This document shows, in pieces, positions 21,882-31,253 of a stretch of DNA of 64,000 bases. The position numbers were made by a program, and so were the translations under genes. Every line of letters starts with the position of its first letter. Position 1 is the first letter of the stretch. Where the stretch lies: assembly GCA_963727455.1 (NCBI GenBank), contig CAVSGG010000008.1, positions 1-64,000 on the forward strand, in the 5' to 3' direction. The notes under the pieces are model-generated. The model had not been told where the DNA came from, did no database searches, and was given only the letters and a program-made list of their open reading frames with translations. The stretch is from Candidatus Krumholzibacteriota bacterium. GTDB lineage: Bacteria; Krumholzibacteriota; Krumholzibacteriia; JAJRXK01.

Positions 21882-22151
21882 TCAACCCTGCTCCGCTAGT
21901 TCATGTTCGATCAGAGTGGCGAGCGAGGATAGGGCCGCCTCCGCATCGGGCCCTTCCGCACTAATTTCCAGAGGCTCCAAATGATGCGCCACGAGCGAGG
22001 CCAGCCCGAGAATACTCTTCGCATTCGCTTCCACGCTCTGGTAGCGAATTCGGATATCCGATTCGAACTGCTTGGCTCGCTTCACGATGCGGCTCGCGGC
22101 CCGCAGGTGCAGACCGACCGGGTCACCGACACGCGCTGTCAAACTCGGCAT
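21882..22151 (-). CDS. ptsH: HPr phosphocarrier protein
   Basis: GLHLRAA (His15) and NAKSILGL (Ser46) motifs; start may be 22172. Confidence 0.92.
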   Translation of the reverse strand: MPSLTARVGDPVGLHLRAASRIVKRAKQFESDIRIRYQSVEANAKSILGLASLVAHHLEPLEISAEGPDAEAALSSLATLIEHELAEQG

Positions 22152-22168
22152 CGCTTGTTCTTCCTTCC

Positions 22169-22894
22169 TCACATGCTACTCGTCGAGCGCAGAATTCCCC
22201 ACAGGAGAATGGTGGCCACAATCAGTACGCGATCGAGCGACCAGCGGCGCCAAGCCGCCAGGAAGCCACAAACTAAGGCCGCCACCCCACAGATCAAAGC
22301 GAAGGGGCTGAATTGCGCATTCCACCGCGCAAAGAAACCGAGAGCCAGCACGAGCCCACAACTCAATCCAGCCGCGGCGCGGGCATAGCTCAGCCAGCGA
22401 TGAACCCAGGGGCCGGTGAGAAGCTCGACGACCCCCGGCCCCCTCTCAACACCCAGTCGTAGACACAGTTCCCGTATTGTACCGGACGCGATGGCGAAGA
22501 ACGCCCATGCGGCCAGAATCCCGACGGGGCCCCAGAGGAAGGCCGCACTCAGGCCAAGATAAGCCACCGCAGGCCGGACGCCCTCCCAAAAGAAGGGGTC
22601 CCCCAAAGCCCCCAGAGTGCTCGCAAGGCCCTTTTGGAGGCGAAGACTATCCTCCTGGCGCCCCGAGCGGTCCAGATGCAGGGTGGCCCCCACGACCAAG
22701 CCCGCCAGATAGGGATTCGTGTTGAAGTAAGCCAGCCGGGACTGGGCCCACCGCGCGAGATCGCGTCCCGTGAGTCCGCGCCGCCGCGCCTCGGGCAAGA
22801 GGCAAACCAAGAAACCCAGACTCTGCATTCCCTCGCGGTTCCAGGAGGATTGCAGGAACCAGAGCCGCCAGCTGCCGCGATAGGAAGAGTTCAC
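22169..22894 (-). CDS. PTS mannose/fructose/sorbose family EIID
   Basis: LQSSWNREGMQSLGF, FNTNPY and LGALGDPFFW motifs; GTG start overlapping the EIIC stop. Confidence 0.88.
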   Translation of the reverse strand: MNSSYRGSWRLWFLQSSWNREGMQSLGFLVCLLPEARRRGLTGRDLARWAQSRLAYFNTNPYLAGLVVGATLHLDRSGRQEDSLRLQKGLASTLGALGDPFFWEGVRPAVAYLGLSAAFLWGPVGILAAWAFFAIASGTIRELCLRLGVERGPGVVELLTGPWVHRWLSYARAAAGLSCGLVLALGFFARWNAQFSPFALICGVAALVCGFLAAWRRWSLDRVLIVATILLWGILRSTSSM

Positions 22895-23550
22895 GCCACG
22901 CTCCACAGAAAAAGGCCGGCCGAAGCCGCGCAGAGGCCGAGCAAAATCCAGGGCAGCCGCGCACGCTGGCGCAAAAGAACACCCACTCCCAAAAGAGGTG
23001 CGCTCCACCAGACGGCTTCTAAGGTTCGTCGTGCGCTCTCATCGAAGAACGAACCCGTCACCTTCAGTGCGAGGCGCAGCAGAAGTGCCAGAATCAGGGT
23101 GACGATCAGTCCGCGCAGGAAGTGAAGGAAGCTCATGCTGAAGTGGTAGAACTCCAGCGGCGGTAGCTCCCCTGCCTCGAGGCCATGGCGCAAGCGCATG
23201 CGGTTGTGCAGAGCCAGCGTCCGCAGCAGATTGATGGCTCGTCCCGCCGGACGCGCCAGAATCAGACCCACCACGAGGGTCATGCCGTAGGACCATTGCG
23301 GGGCGTTCGCGCCGGCTGCGAGGGGGATTGCGATGGCAAGGGAGGTGGTATCCCGTAAGCTCTCGTAACCCACTGGGAGATTTCTCTGCATGAGGAGAGT
23401 CAGGCAAAGGCCCAGCCAGATTCCTTCGGCCGGGGCACCCACCAACCAGCCGGCAAGTCCGGCGGCCACGGCCGGATGAGCCAGCAGAGTCTGGCCCACC
23501 GCGGTCCGGTCGGCACCGGCCACACCACCCAGTAAGGCGGCAAGAATCAA
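22891..23550 (-). CDS. PTS mannose-family EIIC (divergent)
   Basis: Hydrophobic; DRTAVGQTLLAHP..G.LAGWLVG....GIWLG..L resembles the ManY N-terminus; operon position. Confidence 0.75.
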   Translation of the reverse strand: MILAALLGGVAGADRTAVGQTLLAHPAVAAGLAGWLVGAPAEGIWLGLCLTLLMQRNLPVGYESLRDTTSLAIAIPLAAGANAPQWSYGMTLVVGLILARPAGRAINLLRTLALHNRMRLRHGLEAGELPPLEFYHFSMSFLHFLRGLIVTLILALLLRLALKVTGSFFDESARRTLEAVWWSAPLLGVGVLLRQRARLPWILLGLCAASAGLFLWSVA

Positions 23551-24035
23551 CGGCTCTCCAGGGCCGCACGGCCGTCGATTCGGCTCGCCCCCGGAATGGT
23601 CTGCACGGCAACGGAAATCCCGCGCCGCAGAAGTCCACGGAGTGCCTCGAGTTGGGAGTCATCCAAGAAAAAGCCCGGCCAGATCTCCCGGCTCTTTTGG
23701 TGATGATGGATCCCGCCCAAGATGACCTCCGCAATCTCCACCCCGTTCTCGATAAGACGCGAAACATCCTGGGGCGATTCCAACACGAGCAGAGTCGCCT
23801 TCTGATCCGCCCCATTTTCCAGTTCCATCAGGTAGGAGGCGGCTGCATCCACCGAGAGGATCTGTAGCTCGATGGAGGGCGGAACGGCTGATCGAAAAAG
23901 TCGCGACTGCAGGGGATCGTCCGCCGCCTCGTCGTTGGCCAGAACGAGTCTCCGCACGTCCAGAAATTCACAGCATCCCACGACTACCTGGCCGTGAATC
24001 AAGCGGTCGTCGACGCGTACTGCGATGAGGTTCAT
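23547..24035 (-). CDS. PTS mannose-family EIIB
   Basis: RVDDRLIHGQV signature; start ATG 24035. Confidence 0.93.
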   Translation of the reverse strand: MNLIAVRVDDRLIHGQVVVGCCEFLDVRRLVLANDEAADDPLQSRLFRSAVPPSIELQILSVDAAASYLMELENGADQKATLLVLESPQDVSRLIENGVEIAEVILGGIHHHQKSREIWPGFFLDDSQLEALRGLLRRGISVAVQTIPGASRIDGRAALESR

Positions 24036-24415
24036 GGCTTCAGCTCCATGATTCGCACCGCTTCGCGGGCCCGCTGTGTCACTTTCTTCACCAGCTCCAC
24101 CGGTTCCAATCGCCCTACGCGACTGAGGTAGGTGACGACCATGGAGAGATTCACGCCGGAGAGCACCCAGGTGTCCGAGCGGCCGGACGCCGCGAGACAG
24201 GCTGCGGTTCCGCAGGACCCCAAACCCTCGTCGACCATGACGAGGGCTGGCCCACTTTCGTTCTTCAACCATTCGGAAATGAGCTGGCGCATCTCGTGAC
24301 TGCCCCGGCCACGATTACTGAGGATCGACAGAGGGGCGTCGGATGCAACGACAAGACGAGCTGAGGCGATCAACTCTCTTCCCAGGTCGCCATGGGTGAC
24401 GATCAGTCCGCGCAT
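24032..24415 (-). CDS. PTS mannose-family EIIA
   Basis: LIVTHGDLG and SGVNLSMV motifs. Confidence 0.9.
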   Translation of the reverse strand: MRGLIVTHGDLGRELIASARLVVASDAPLSILSNRGRGSHEMRQLISEWLKNESGPALVMVDEGLGSCGTAACLAASGRSDTWVLSGVNLSMVVTYLSRVGRLEPVELVKKVTQRAREAVRIMELKP

Positions 24416-24455
24416 TCCAGCCGCTTCTCAGAAGACGAGATTCCGTTTGGCGGAA

Positions 24456-25421
24456 TCACTCCAGGTCGTGACGCAAATATTGGGCGGTGCGCCCCAATTC
24501 CTCCATGCTCTCGATGAGCTTGCGGTTCAAGAGCTCGGCGGAATCGATGCCGTACATCTTGAGCATGAAATCTAAGGCAAGGACTTCGGTGATTACAGTG
24601 ATATTCTTGCCGGGAACGATTGGGACGTTCACCCGCGGGATGGAAACGCCCAGAATCTCGCTCTGGTCCCGATCCAAGCCCACCCGATCGTAACTCTGTC
24701 CCTCCACCCAGTCCTCCAGCCGTACCTCGACCTCCACCCGCTTCTGCATGCGCAGCGCGCGCACACCGAAAATCGGAAAGACATCGACGATCCCTATGCC
24801 CCTGATCTCCATGTGGTGTTTGAGGGTCTTTCGTCCGGTTCCGAGAAGGACATCGTCCCGGCGTGTGATTTCCACCAGATCGTCGGCCACCAGGCGGTGA
24901 CCGCGCTCCACGAGATCGAGCGCGGTCTCGCTCTTGCCGATGCCACTGCGTCCGGTGAACAGCATTCCCACCCCATAGACGTCGACCAGAGTCCCGTGGA
25001 CGTTCGAACGGAGGGCGAAGTGATCCTTCAGCAGATCTCGCAGCCGGTCTACCAGATCCTCCGTCTCCAAGGCGACCCGGGCCACGGGAACCCGGTCCCC
25101 TTCGCACTCCGCCAGTACCGGTCGGGGTAGCTCGAGATCCATGGCCACGAACACCCCGGCCACCTTGACGTCGAGCACACGACGGATGGCCGTGCGCTGT
25201 TCATCTTCGCTCAAACTCTCAAGGTAACGGATTTCGCTCTCGCCGAGCACCTGGAGCCGATTGCTCAGAAAGCCATCGGTATATCCCATCAATCCCATTC
25301 CAGGACGATGGACATCGTTGTCTTTGACCGAAGCGTCGGGGGAGCCGCTCACCAAGATTTCCGTCTCGGTGTTTACGCCGAGACGTTGTACGAGATCCGC
25401 AAAGCGGAGCGGATGGGCCAC
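24456..25421 (-). CDS. hprK: HPr(Ser) kinase/phosphorylase
   Basis: HGTLVDVYGVG, GRSGIGKSE, GHRLVADD and EIRGIGI motifs. Confidence 0.97.
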   Translation of the reverse strand: MAHPLRFADLVQRLGVNTETEILVSGSPDASVKDNDVHRPGMGLMGYTDGFLSNRLQVLGESEIRYLESLSEDEQRTAIRRVLDVKVAGVFVAMDLELPRPVLAECEGDRVPVARVALETEDLVDRLRDLLKDHFALRSNVHGTLVDVYGVGMLFTGRSGIGKSETALDLVERGHRLVADDLVEITRRDDVLLGTGRKTLKHHMEIRGIGIVDVFPIFGVRALRMQKRVEVEVRLEDWVEGQSYDRVGLDRDQSEILGVSIPRVNVPIVPGKNITVITEVLALDFMLKMYGIDSAELLNRKLIESMEELGRTAQYLRHDLE

Positions 25422-25805
25422 TCAGGCCTCCTCGTTCTCGCCCTCGCTGCGCGCGACTTCGGCCTGCGTCAATTGTTCGAGGGCCGCCGCGGACGAGAGC
25501 TCCTGCTTGACACCCTTGCGTTGGCCAGTCACCCGATCGCGGTGCTTTCTCAGCTGATGCTCCATGCTCGCGCAGGCGCGGTCGACCGAGTGTAGCATGT
25601 CGTCGGAATCGGCACGGGCGTGAAAATCCTTGCCGTAGGCCCGGATGTGGATTTCGCAGACCTTGTCCACCTTCTCCTCTGCGAGAGTGAGGTGAATCGG
25701 GCCGAGATCACGAAGATATTTGTCGAATTTTGCGATGCGCTCTTCCGCGTGGGTGCGGACGCGCGAGGTGGGCTCGTAGTTCCGGTTCGTGATTTCGAGG
25801 TTCAT
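25422..25805 (-). CDS. hpf: Ribosome hibernation promoting factor (HPF/RaiA)
   Basis: MNLEITNRN..., DMLHSVD...EHQLRKHRDR; downstream of rpoN. Confidence 0.9.
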   Translation of the reverse strand: MNLEITNRNYEPTSRVRTHAEERIAKFDKYLRDLGPIHLTLAEEKVDKVCEIHIRAYGKDFHARADSDDMLHSVDRACASMEHQLRKHRDRVTGQRKGVKQELSSAAALEQLTQAEVARSEGENEEA

Positions 25806-25876
25806 ATATGCCTCCGGAAATGAGGGGCCACCCGGCTTCACGCCGCCGGAAACGCGACGATCAGCCGTCTCCCTGA

Positions 25877-25905
25877 AATGTAACTTGTCGTCCTGACCGT
25901 GCCAA
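25877..25905 (-). promoter_or_regulatory. Putative sigma70 promoter for hpf-hprK-PTS
   Basis: TTGGCA-17 nt-TACATT on the minus strand; the -35 lies inside the palindrome GTGCCAAG-CTC-CTTGGCAC. Confidence 0.5.
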
Positions 25906-25927
25906 GCTCCTTGGCACTCCGGTGGAC

Positions 25928-27340
25928 CTAATAGGTCTTACGCATTCGCGCGGGAAGAATCCCCAGCTGTTCGCGGTATTTCGCGACCGTCCTGCGGGCG
26001 ATGTTCAATCCCTCGACCTTGAGTAGATCCACGATCTTCTGGTCGCTGAGAGGCCTGCTCTTCTCCTCCTTGCTGATGATGCCCTGAATTCGGATTTTCG
26101 CCGCCTTCGACGACATGTTCTCGCCGTCGTCAGTATCGAGGCTGGAGCTGAAGAAGTATTTCAGCTCGAAGACGCCGCGCGGCGTCTGCACGTACTTATT
26201 CGTGGTGACGCGACTCACGGTCGATTCGTGCATGCCGATGCGGTTCGCCACCTGCTGGAGGGTGAGCGGCTTCAAGGCCACCGCGCCCTTCTCGAAAAAC
26301 TCTTTCTGCTCCTCGACGATGCACTGCATCACTTTGACGATCGTGCGTCGTCTCTGTTCGATGGTCTGGATGAGCCAACGCGCGGAGTTGAGCTTCCCCA
26401 CGATAAACTCTCTGGTCTCCTTGTCTCCTTGTTGCCGGCTACGGGCCAGTTCCTCGCGGTAGGCACGGCTAACCCTGAGACGGGGGATGTTGCTGTCGTT
26501 GAGGTAAACGATGTATTCCCCCTCGACCCTCTCCACGATGAGATCGGGCACCACGTACTTGGCGTCTTCCCCAAAGGTCGACAGACCAGGCCTCGGATCG
26601 AGCTGACCGATTTCCTGTGCGATGGTCTGGACGTCTTGCGCGGTGAGGTGCATTTCCTTCGCAATTTCATTGAACTTGCGGTTCTTGAGTGCGTCGAAAT
26701 GATCGCGAACGATCGTCGCGGCGGACCCTTCCCCTTCACCCAGAGCATTCAGCTGTAAGAGAAGCGATTCCTGGAGGTCGCGAGCGCCGATTCCCGGAGG
26801 ATCGAAGGACTGGATGACGCGCAGAACGTGCTCGACCTTGTCCTCGTCCACTTCGAAGTGGCGCGCGACCTCGCCCAGATCGCAGGTCAAGAAGCCGTCT
26901 TCGTTGAGACTGCCGATGATGTACTCGCCGATTTCTATCTCTGGCTCGTTGTTCAGATTGAGATGTAGCTGCACGGAGAGTTTCTCGTAGCCGTTCTCCG
27001 GCGCGACGGCAACGCGCTCAAAACGGTCGTCGATCTCCTCTCTCTCACCTTCGAAACCTGCCTGGGAAAAACCGTCGTTGAAATATTCTTCCCAGTCGAC
27101 CGACTCTTCGTTGTTCTGGCTCTTGTCCCCGTTGGAAGTTTCGTCTTCCCCTGCTTCGGCTTCCTCTTCTTCCTCGATCGGTTCGACTTCCTCCAGTAGA
27201 GGATTCATCAAGATCTCCTGCTTGAGAATCTGTTCGAGTTCGAGGGTGGGAACCTGCAAGAGCTTGAGAGCCTGTTGCAGCTTGGGAGTCATGACGAGTC
27301 GTTGACCCATCCGTTGACTAAGAACGTGTTTCATTTCCAT
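25928..27340 (-). CDS. rpoN: RNA polymerase sigma-54 factor
   Basis: MTPKLQQALKLLQ, HESTVSR and the RpoN box ARRTVAKYRE. Confidence 0.99.
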   Translation of the reverse strand: MEMKHVLSQRMGQRLVMTPKLQQALKLLQVPTLELEQILKQEILMNPLLEEVEPIEEEEEAEAGEDETSNGDKSQNNEESVDWEEYFNDGFSQAGFEGEREEIDDRFERVAVAPENGYEKLSVQLHLNLNNEPEIEIGEYIIGSLNEDGFLTCDLGEVARHFEVDEDKVEHVLRVIQSFDPPGIGARDLQESLLLQLNALGEGEGSAATIVRDHFDALKNRKFNEIAKEMHLTAQDVQTIAQEIGQLDPRPGLSTFGEDAKYVVPDLIVERVEGEYIVYLNDSNIPRLRVSRAYREELARSRQQGDKETREFIVGKLNSARWLIQTIEQRRRTIVKVMQCIVEEQKEFFEKGAVALKPLTLQQVANRIGMHESTVSRVTTNKYVQTPRGVFELKYFFSSSLDTDDGENMSSKAAKIRIQGIISKEEKSRPLSDQKIVDLLKVEGLNIARRTVAKYREQLGILPARMRKTY

Positions 27341-27352
27341 AGCGATAGCCTC

Positions 27353-28111
27353 TCAGCTGCGTGAACTCGCGTTCTCGAGATGGAATCCCTCGCCCAAATA
27401 GAGGCGGCGCGCCTGCGCATCCTTGACGATCTCCTCGGGGGTACCTTCCACCATGATCCGGCCCTCGTGCAGGATGTAGGCGCGATCGGTAATGCTGAGT
27501 GTCTCTCTCACGTTGTGGTCGGTGATGAGAACTCCCAGACCACGTTGCTTGAGTCCAGCGACGATTTCCTGGATATCGTTGAGTGCGATGGGATCGATTC
27601 CGGCGAAGGGCTCATCCAGCAGGATGAAGTGGGGCTCGATGGCCAGGGCACGAGCAATCTCCACGCGGCGTCTCTCTCCTCCGGAGAGCTCGTAGCCCTT
27701 CGCGGATTTGAGATGGCTCACTCCCAGCTCGTCCAGTAAGTGTGCGCAGCGCTGGGCTTGCTCGTCCTTTGTAATCTTCATGGTCTGCAGGATAGCCCTC
27801 ACGTTCTCCTCGACCGTCATGCGCCGGAAGACCGACGCCTCTTGGGGAAGATATCCGATGCCCATCCGTGCTCTCACGTACATGGGCTTGCTCGTGATCT
27901 CGGTCTCCCCCAGGAAGACCTTGCCCGAGTGGGGTTTGATGAAACCCACCATCTGGTAGAAGGTCGTGGTCTTTCCCGCGCCGTTCGGGCCCAAAAGTCC
28001 CACGATCTCACCCGTCCGCACGTGGAGGGAGACTCCATCCACCACACGCCGTGAACGGTACTTTTTCACCAGTTCCCGACAAGACAGCGACTTCCATGCC
28101 ACCTCGCTCAA
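27353..28111 (-). CDS. lptB: LPS export ABC transporter ATPase
   Basis: [35 protein letters not shown] and DEPFAGIDP motifs. Confidence 0.97.
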   Translation of the reverse strand: MSEVAWKSLSCRELVKKYRSRRVVDGVSLHVRTGEIVGLLGPNGAGKTTTFYQMVGFIKPHSGKVFLGETEITSKPMYVRARMGIGYLPQEASVFRRMTVEENVRAILQTMKITKDEQAQRCAHLLDELGVSHLKSAKGYELSGGERRRVEIARALAIEPHFILLDEPFAGIDPIALNDIQEIVAGLKQRGLGVLITDHNVRETLSITDRAYILHEGRIMVEGTPEEIVKDAQARRLYLGEGFHLENASSRS

Positions 28112-28665
28112 TCCTGCCCCCCCTTCGGCAATTCCTGGGAACTCTCCGGAGCATCCCCTTCCACCTGCTTCTTGATGACCAGATCGGTCATCTTCGGATC
28201 GGTCTCCAAACCGATACCGGTAAGAACTTTGTCAGCTTCCGTGGCCCGGAAAAAGAGGTCAGTGAAGATGATTCTGCGCTCGTTATCCCAGTTCAAAACC
28301 TCGCTCTCGAGAGTCCGGTCGTCCTCGGTCACGATCTTCACGTCGCCCTTGGCGACCATGTTACGCGTGTTCTCGTTGACCGTGCCCCGCTTGGAAGTGA
28401 GAGTCGCGCTCAACTGTCCGTCAGTATAGAAATACATGCGCACGCCGATGAGGTGGAGATCCTCCTCCCCCGCATAGCGCTCGGCCCGGTTCCCGAAGAG
28501 CTCCCAGCGCATCTGTCCGCGCTCGGTCTCCACGGTGTGATACCCGTAAATGGTCTGGATGGGAGATTCGTTGGTGGGGGTAGGCGCATTCTCCTCCCGC
28601 TCCCCGCAGCCGTAGGCCGCAAGCACGCCCACAACAATCCAAAGAGCGAAGATCCTGCGTGTCAT
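28108..28665 (-). CDS. lptC: LPS export periplasmic protein LptC (lipoprotein-like)
   Basis: Lipobox-like AAYGC; beta-jellyroll motifs [17 protein letters not shown] and LTGIGLETD; upstream of lptB. Confidence 0.82.
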   Translation of the reverse strand: MTRRIFALWIVVGVLAAYGCGEREENAPTPTNESPIQTIYGYHTVETERGQMRWELFGNRAERYAGEEDLHLIGVRMYFYTDGQLSATLTSKRGTVNENTRNMVAKGDVKIVTEDDRTLESEVLNWDNERRIIFTDLFFRATEADKVLTGIGLETDPKMTDLVIKKQVEGDAPESSQELPKGGQD

Positions 28666-29591
28666 GACTTCTTCCCCTCAGCCGCAATCTCCACCGTCTC
28701 GCCGTAACGATCGTGAAACCAGGTCCACTGTCGCGGTGCGCGCCGAATGAGCGCCTCCAGAGACGCATTGCATCGTGCGGTCAGCGCCAGTTCGTCTGGG
28801 GTATCGTTCCAGACCACCTCATCCCCCACCAGGACCCAGTGTTCTTTGCCGTCGAAGCACAGTCCCACAGGCAAGATCCGCGCGCGGCTGCGGCGGGCCA
28901 GGCGCCCAGGCCCTACCGCAGTAGGGGCAGGATGGCCGAAGAAGGGCGCTGAAACGCTGCTCACCTGACTGCGATGATCCGCCAGTATCGCCAAGGAACC
29001 TCCCCGGCGAAGCCACCGGGCGGCAGCCAGGGCCTCACGGCGACGATCGAAGGTACGCAGACCCAAGGCGGCGCGTTCCTGGGCAAGCCACGAATCGATC
29101 CAGTGGTTGTGGGGATTCGCCGTGACGACTCCCATCGCACGGAATCGGCTCGCCAGCCAACGGCCCAGGAGTTCCCAACTTCCCAAATGCAGACTCAACA
29201 CAAGAACAGGATCGCCGCTATTCTGGATTCTCGCCAAGCGATTCTCATCCGCCGCCGCAATCCGAACCCGCGCCTCCCCGCGCACCGAATCCACCAGGTC
29301 CCTCCCGAAACAGACGAAGCTCGCGCGGGCTACTCGCTGGCGGGTCACTTCATCCCAGTCGGGAAAGGCGAGGGCGAGCTGCCGCAAGGCCACCTCCCGG
29401 TCTCGGCGCCTGCAGGAAAATGCGAGCAGTCCCAGACCCTCCAGGAGTCCCACGGCCAGAGCACGCGGGAAGTGCCGTGCCAGCCAGGCCAGGGCCCGCA
29501 CCGAGGCGTAGAACACGAAGCGCCGAGCCATTCTCAGCCGCCGGTTGCGGTCCGGAATTTCGCGGAAATCCGGTAGAGTGCCCGAGACCAT
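28662..29591 (-). CDS. Lipid A / lysophospholipid acyltransferase (LpxL/HtrB family)
   Basis: HLGSWEL, ILADH, PFFG and IRRAPRQWTWFHDRY motifs; start 29591 is supported by a leaderless promoter (alternative 29531). Confidence 0.85.
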   Translation of the reverse strand: MVSGTLPDFREIPDRNRRLRMARRFVFYASVRALAWLARHFPRALAVGLLEGLGLLAFSCRRRDREVALRQLALAFPDWDEVTRQRVARASFVCFGRDLVDSVRGEARVRIAAADENRLARIQNSGDPVLVLSLHLGSWELLGRWLASRFRAMGVVTANPHNHWIDSWLAQERAALGLRTFDRRREALAAARWLRRGGSLAILADHRSQVSSVSAPFFGHPAPTAVGPGRLARRSRARILPVGLCFDGKEHWVLVGDEVVWNDTPDELALTARCNASLEALIRRAPRQWTWFHDRYGETVEIAAEGKKS

Positions 29592-29597
29592 ACTGGT

Positions 29598-29626
29598 TTG
29601 ATACGTCGAGGGAGGCGGGGTGTCAA
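29598..29626 (-). promoter_or_regulatory. Putative leaderless sigma70 promoter of the acyltransferase-lptC-lptB unit
   Basis: TTGACA-17 nt-TATCAA, then 6 nt, then ATG (29591). Confidence 0.45.
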
Positions 29627-29643
29627 GCAAGGATAGTGCCAGA

Positions 29644-30702
29644 CTACCCAGAAAGTCCCTGTTGCAGAATATCGTGGAGATGCAGCACCCCGATGGGCCG
29701 CTGCTCCTGCACCACCACCAGCTGGGTGATGGGGCCGGTGGGGTTCTGCTCCATTTTCTTCAGGGCGACCCGCGCCAGGCAGGCACCCTCCACCGTGCGG
29801 GGGGAGGTGTTCATGAACTTCGCCACCGGTTGGCCTAAAGGATCGTCTTTGGGTCCGGTGTGATTGAGGAGAACCCGCTGCAGGTCCCCGTTGGTGAGAA
29901 AGCCGCTCAAGCTACCCGCCTCGTCGACGACGCAGCTGCACCCCAAGCGTTTGCTGGCAATCACCAGAACGGCATCTCGCAGGGGTTGATCCTGCTTCAC
30001 CACCGGCAGCTCCTCCCCGGTGTGCATCAGCTCCTCGACCGTCAGTCTAAGGGTGCGCCCCAGACTTCCGCTGGGATGAAACACGGCGAAGTCCTCGCGC
30101 TTGAAGGCGCGCAGTCGCAAGAGTGCAACGGTGAGCGCGTCACCCATGACCATGGCCGCCGTCGAGCTGGTGGTCGGAGTCAGATTCAAGGGGCAAACCT
30201 CGCGCTCCACCGTTGTGTTGAGCACGATCTCCACCGCCTTCGCCAGCGGTGAGTCGACGATGCCGGTCATCGCGATGCTTCCCAAGCCCAACGCTCGCAA
30301 CGAATGCACGAGGGTCAACAGCTCGGCGTTGTGCCCACTGCGCGAGACGGCCAGGACGAGATCGTTCTCGGTGGCGATTCCCAAATCTCCGTGCAGGGCC
30401 TCCACCGGATGCACGAAGAGCGCGGGGGTTCCCGTACTGGTAAAGGTCGCGGCCAGCTTGCGGCCCACCAGACCGCTCTTACCCAGTCCGGTGACCAGGA
30501 CCCGACCTTGACACTCCAGGATGCGACGCACTGCAGCCACGAAACTGGGGCCCAACCGCGATCCGATGGCTTGGAGCTCCCGCGCCTCCTCCGCGAAGAC
30601 TGCCTGGCCCATGGCCAAAATTTCTGCCTCGGGCGTTTGCACGGCTTTGTGCAGATCCGCGCGTGCCGGAGTCAGGCGGTGGTGGTTGGTGGTCTTTTCC
30701 AC
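29644..30702 (-). CDS. kdsD: Arabinose-5-phosphate isomerase (KpsF/GutQ family)
   Basis: TGLGKSG, EALHGDLG, PTTSST and FHPSGSLG motifs; CBS pair; start uncertain. Confidence 0.95.
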   Translation of the reverse strand: MEKTTNHHRLTPARADLHKAVQTPEAEILAMGQAVFAEEARELQAIGSRLGPSFVAAVRRILECQGRVLVTGLGKSGLVGRKLAATFTSTGTPALFVHPVEALHGDLGIATENDLVLAVSRSGHNAELLTLVHSLRALGLGSIAMTGIVDSPLAKAVEIVLNTTVEREVCPLNLTPTTSSTAAMVMGDALTVALLRLRAFKREDFAVFHPSGSLGRTLRLTVEELMHTGEELPVVKQDQPLRDAVLVIASKRLGCSCVVDEAGSLSGFLTNGDLQRVLLNHTGPKDDPLGQPVAKFMNTSPRTVEGACLARVALKKMEQNPTGPITQLVVVQEQRPIGVLHLHDILQQGLSG

Positions 30703-31250
30703 GACTGATCCTCATGGAGCAAGAGACGGGTTCGAATTGCATCCCACTTCCCGCGGGCTCGTAGCAAAAACTCGCATACCTCGCGCACCGCTCCCTTGCC
30801 TCCTGCCGCTCGGGTGACGAGATCCACTTTAGCTCGAATCTCCTCGTGTGCGTCTTGCGGCGCAAAACTCAATCCCACGCGGGCAAGCAAGGGAGCATCC
30901 AGGATGTCGTCCCCCATGGCCGCCACACGAGACTCCGGTAGAGCAAAGGAGCGCAACACCTCGTCCAGTGCGACACCCTTGTCGCCTCGGCCCAGGAGTA
31001 CGGGATCGATCGCAAGCTCGCGAGCGCGTACGCGAACCGTCTTGCTCTCGCGTCCGCTGATGATGGCGATACGATATCCAGCTTCGCGCAGCAGTGCCAG
31101 ACCGAGACCATCCCGTACGCTGAACGCACGCAGGGACTCCCCGCTCTCCCCATAGTAGAGCTGCCCATCGGTCAAAACACCGTCGACGTCCACAACGAGA
31201 GCCTGGATTTCCTTCGCTCTTTGCCAAAGACTCTGCGCGATTGCATTCAC
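30672..31250 (-). CDS. kdsC: Kdo-8-phosphate phosphatase (HAD)
   Basis: DVDGVLTDG, DGLG, MGDDILD and GGKGAVRE motifs. Confidence 0.95.
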   Translation of the reverse strand: MNAIAQSLWQRAKEIQALVVDVDGVLTDGQLYYGESGESLRAFSVRDGLGLALLREAGYRIAIISGRESKTVRVRARELAIDPVLLGRGDKGVALDEVLRSFALPESRVAAMGDDILDAPLLARVGLSFAPQDAHEEIRAKVDLVTRAAGGKGAVREVCEFLLRARGKWDAIRTRLLLHEDQSWKRPPTTTA

Positions 31251-31253
31251 GAG

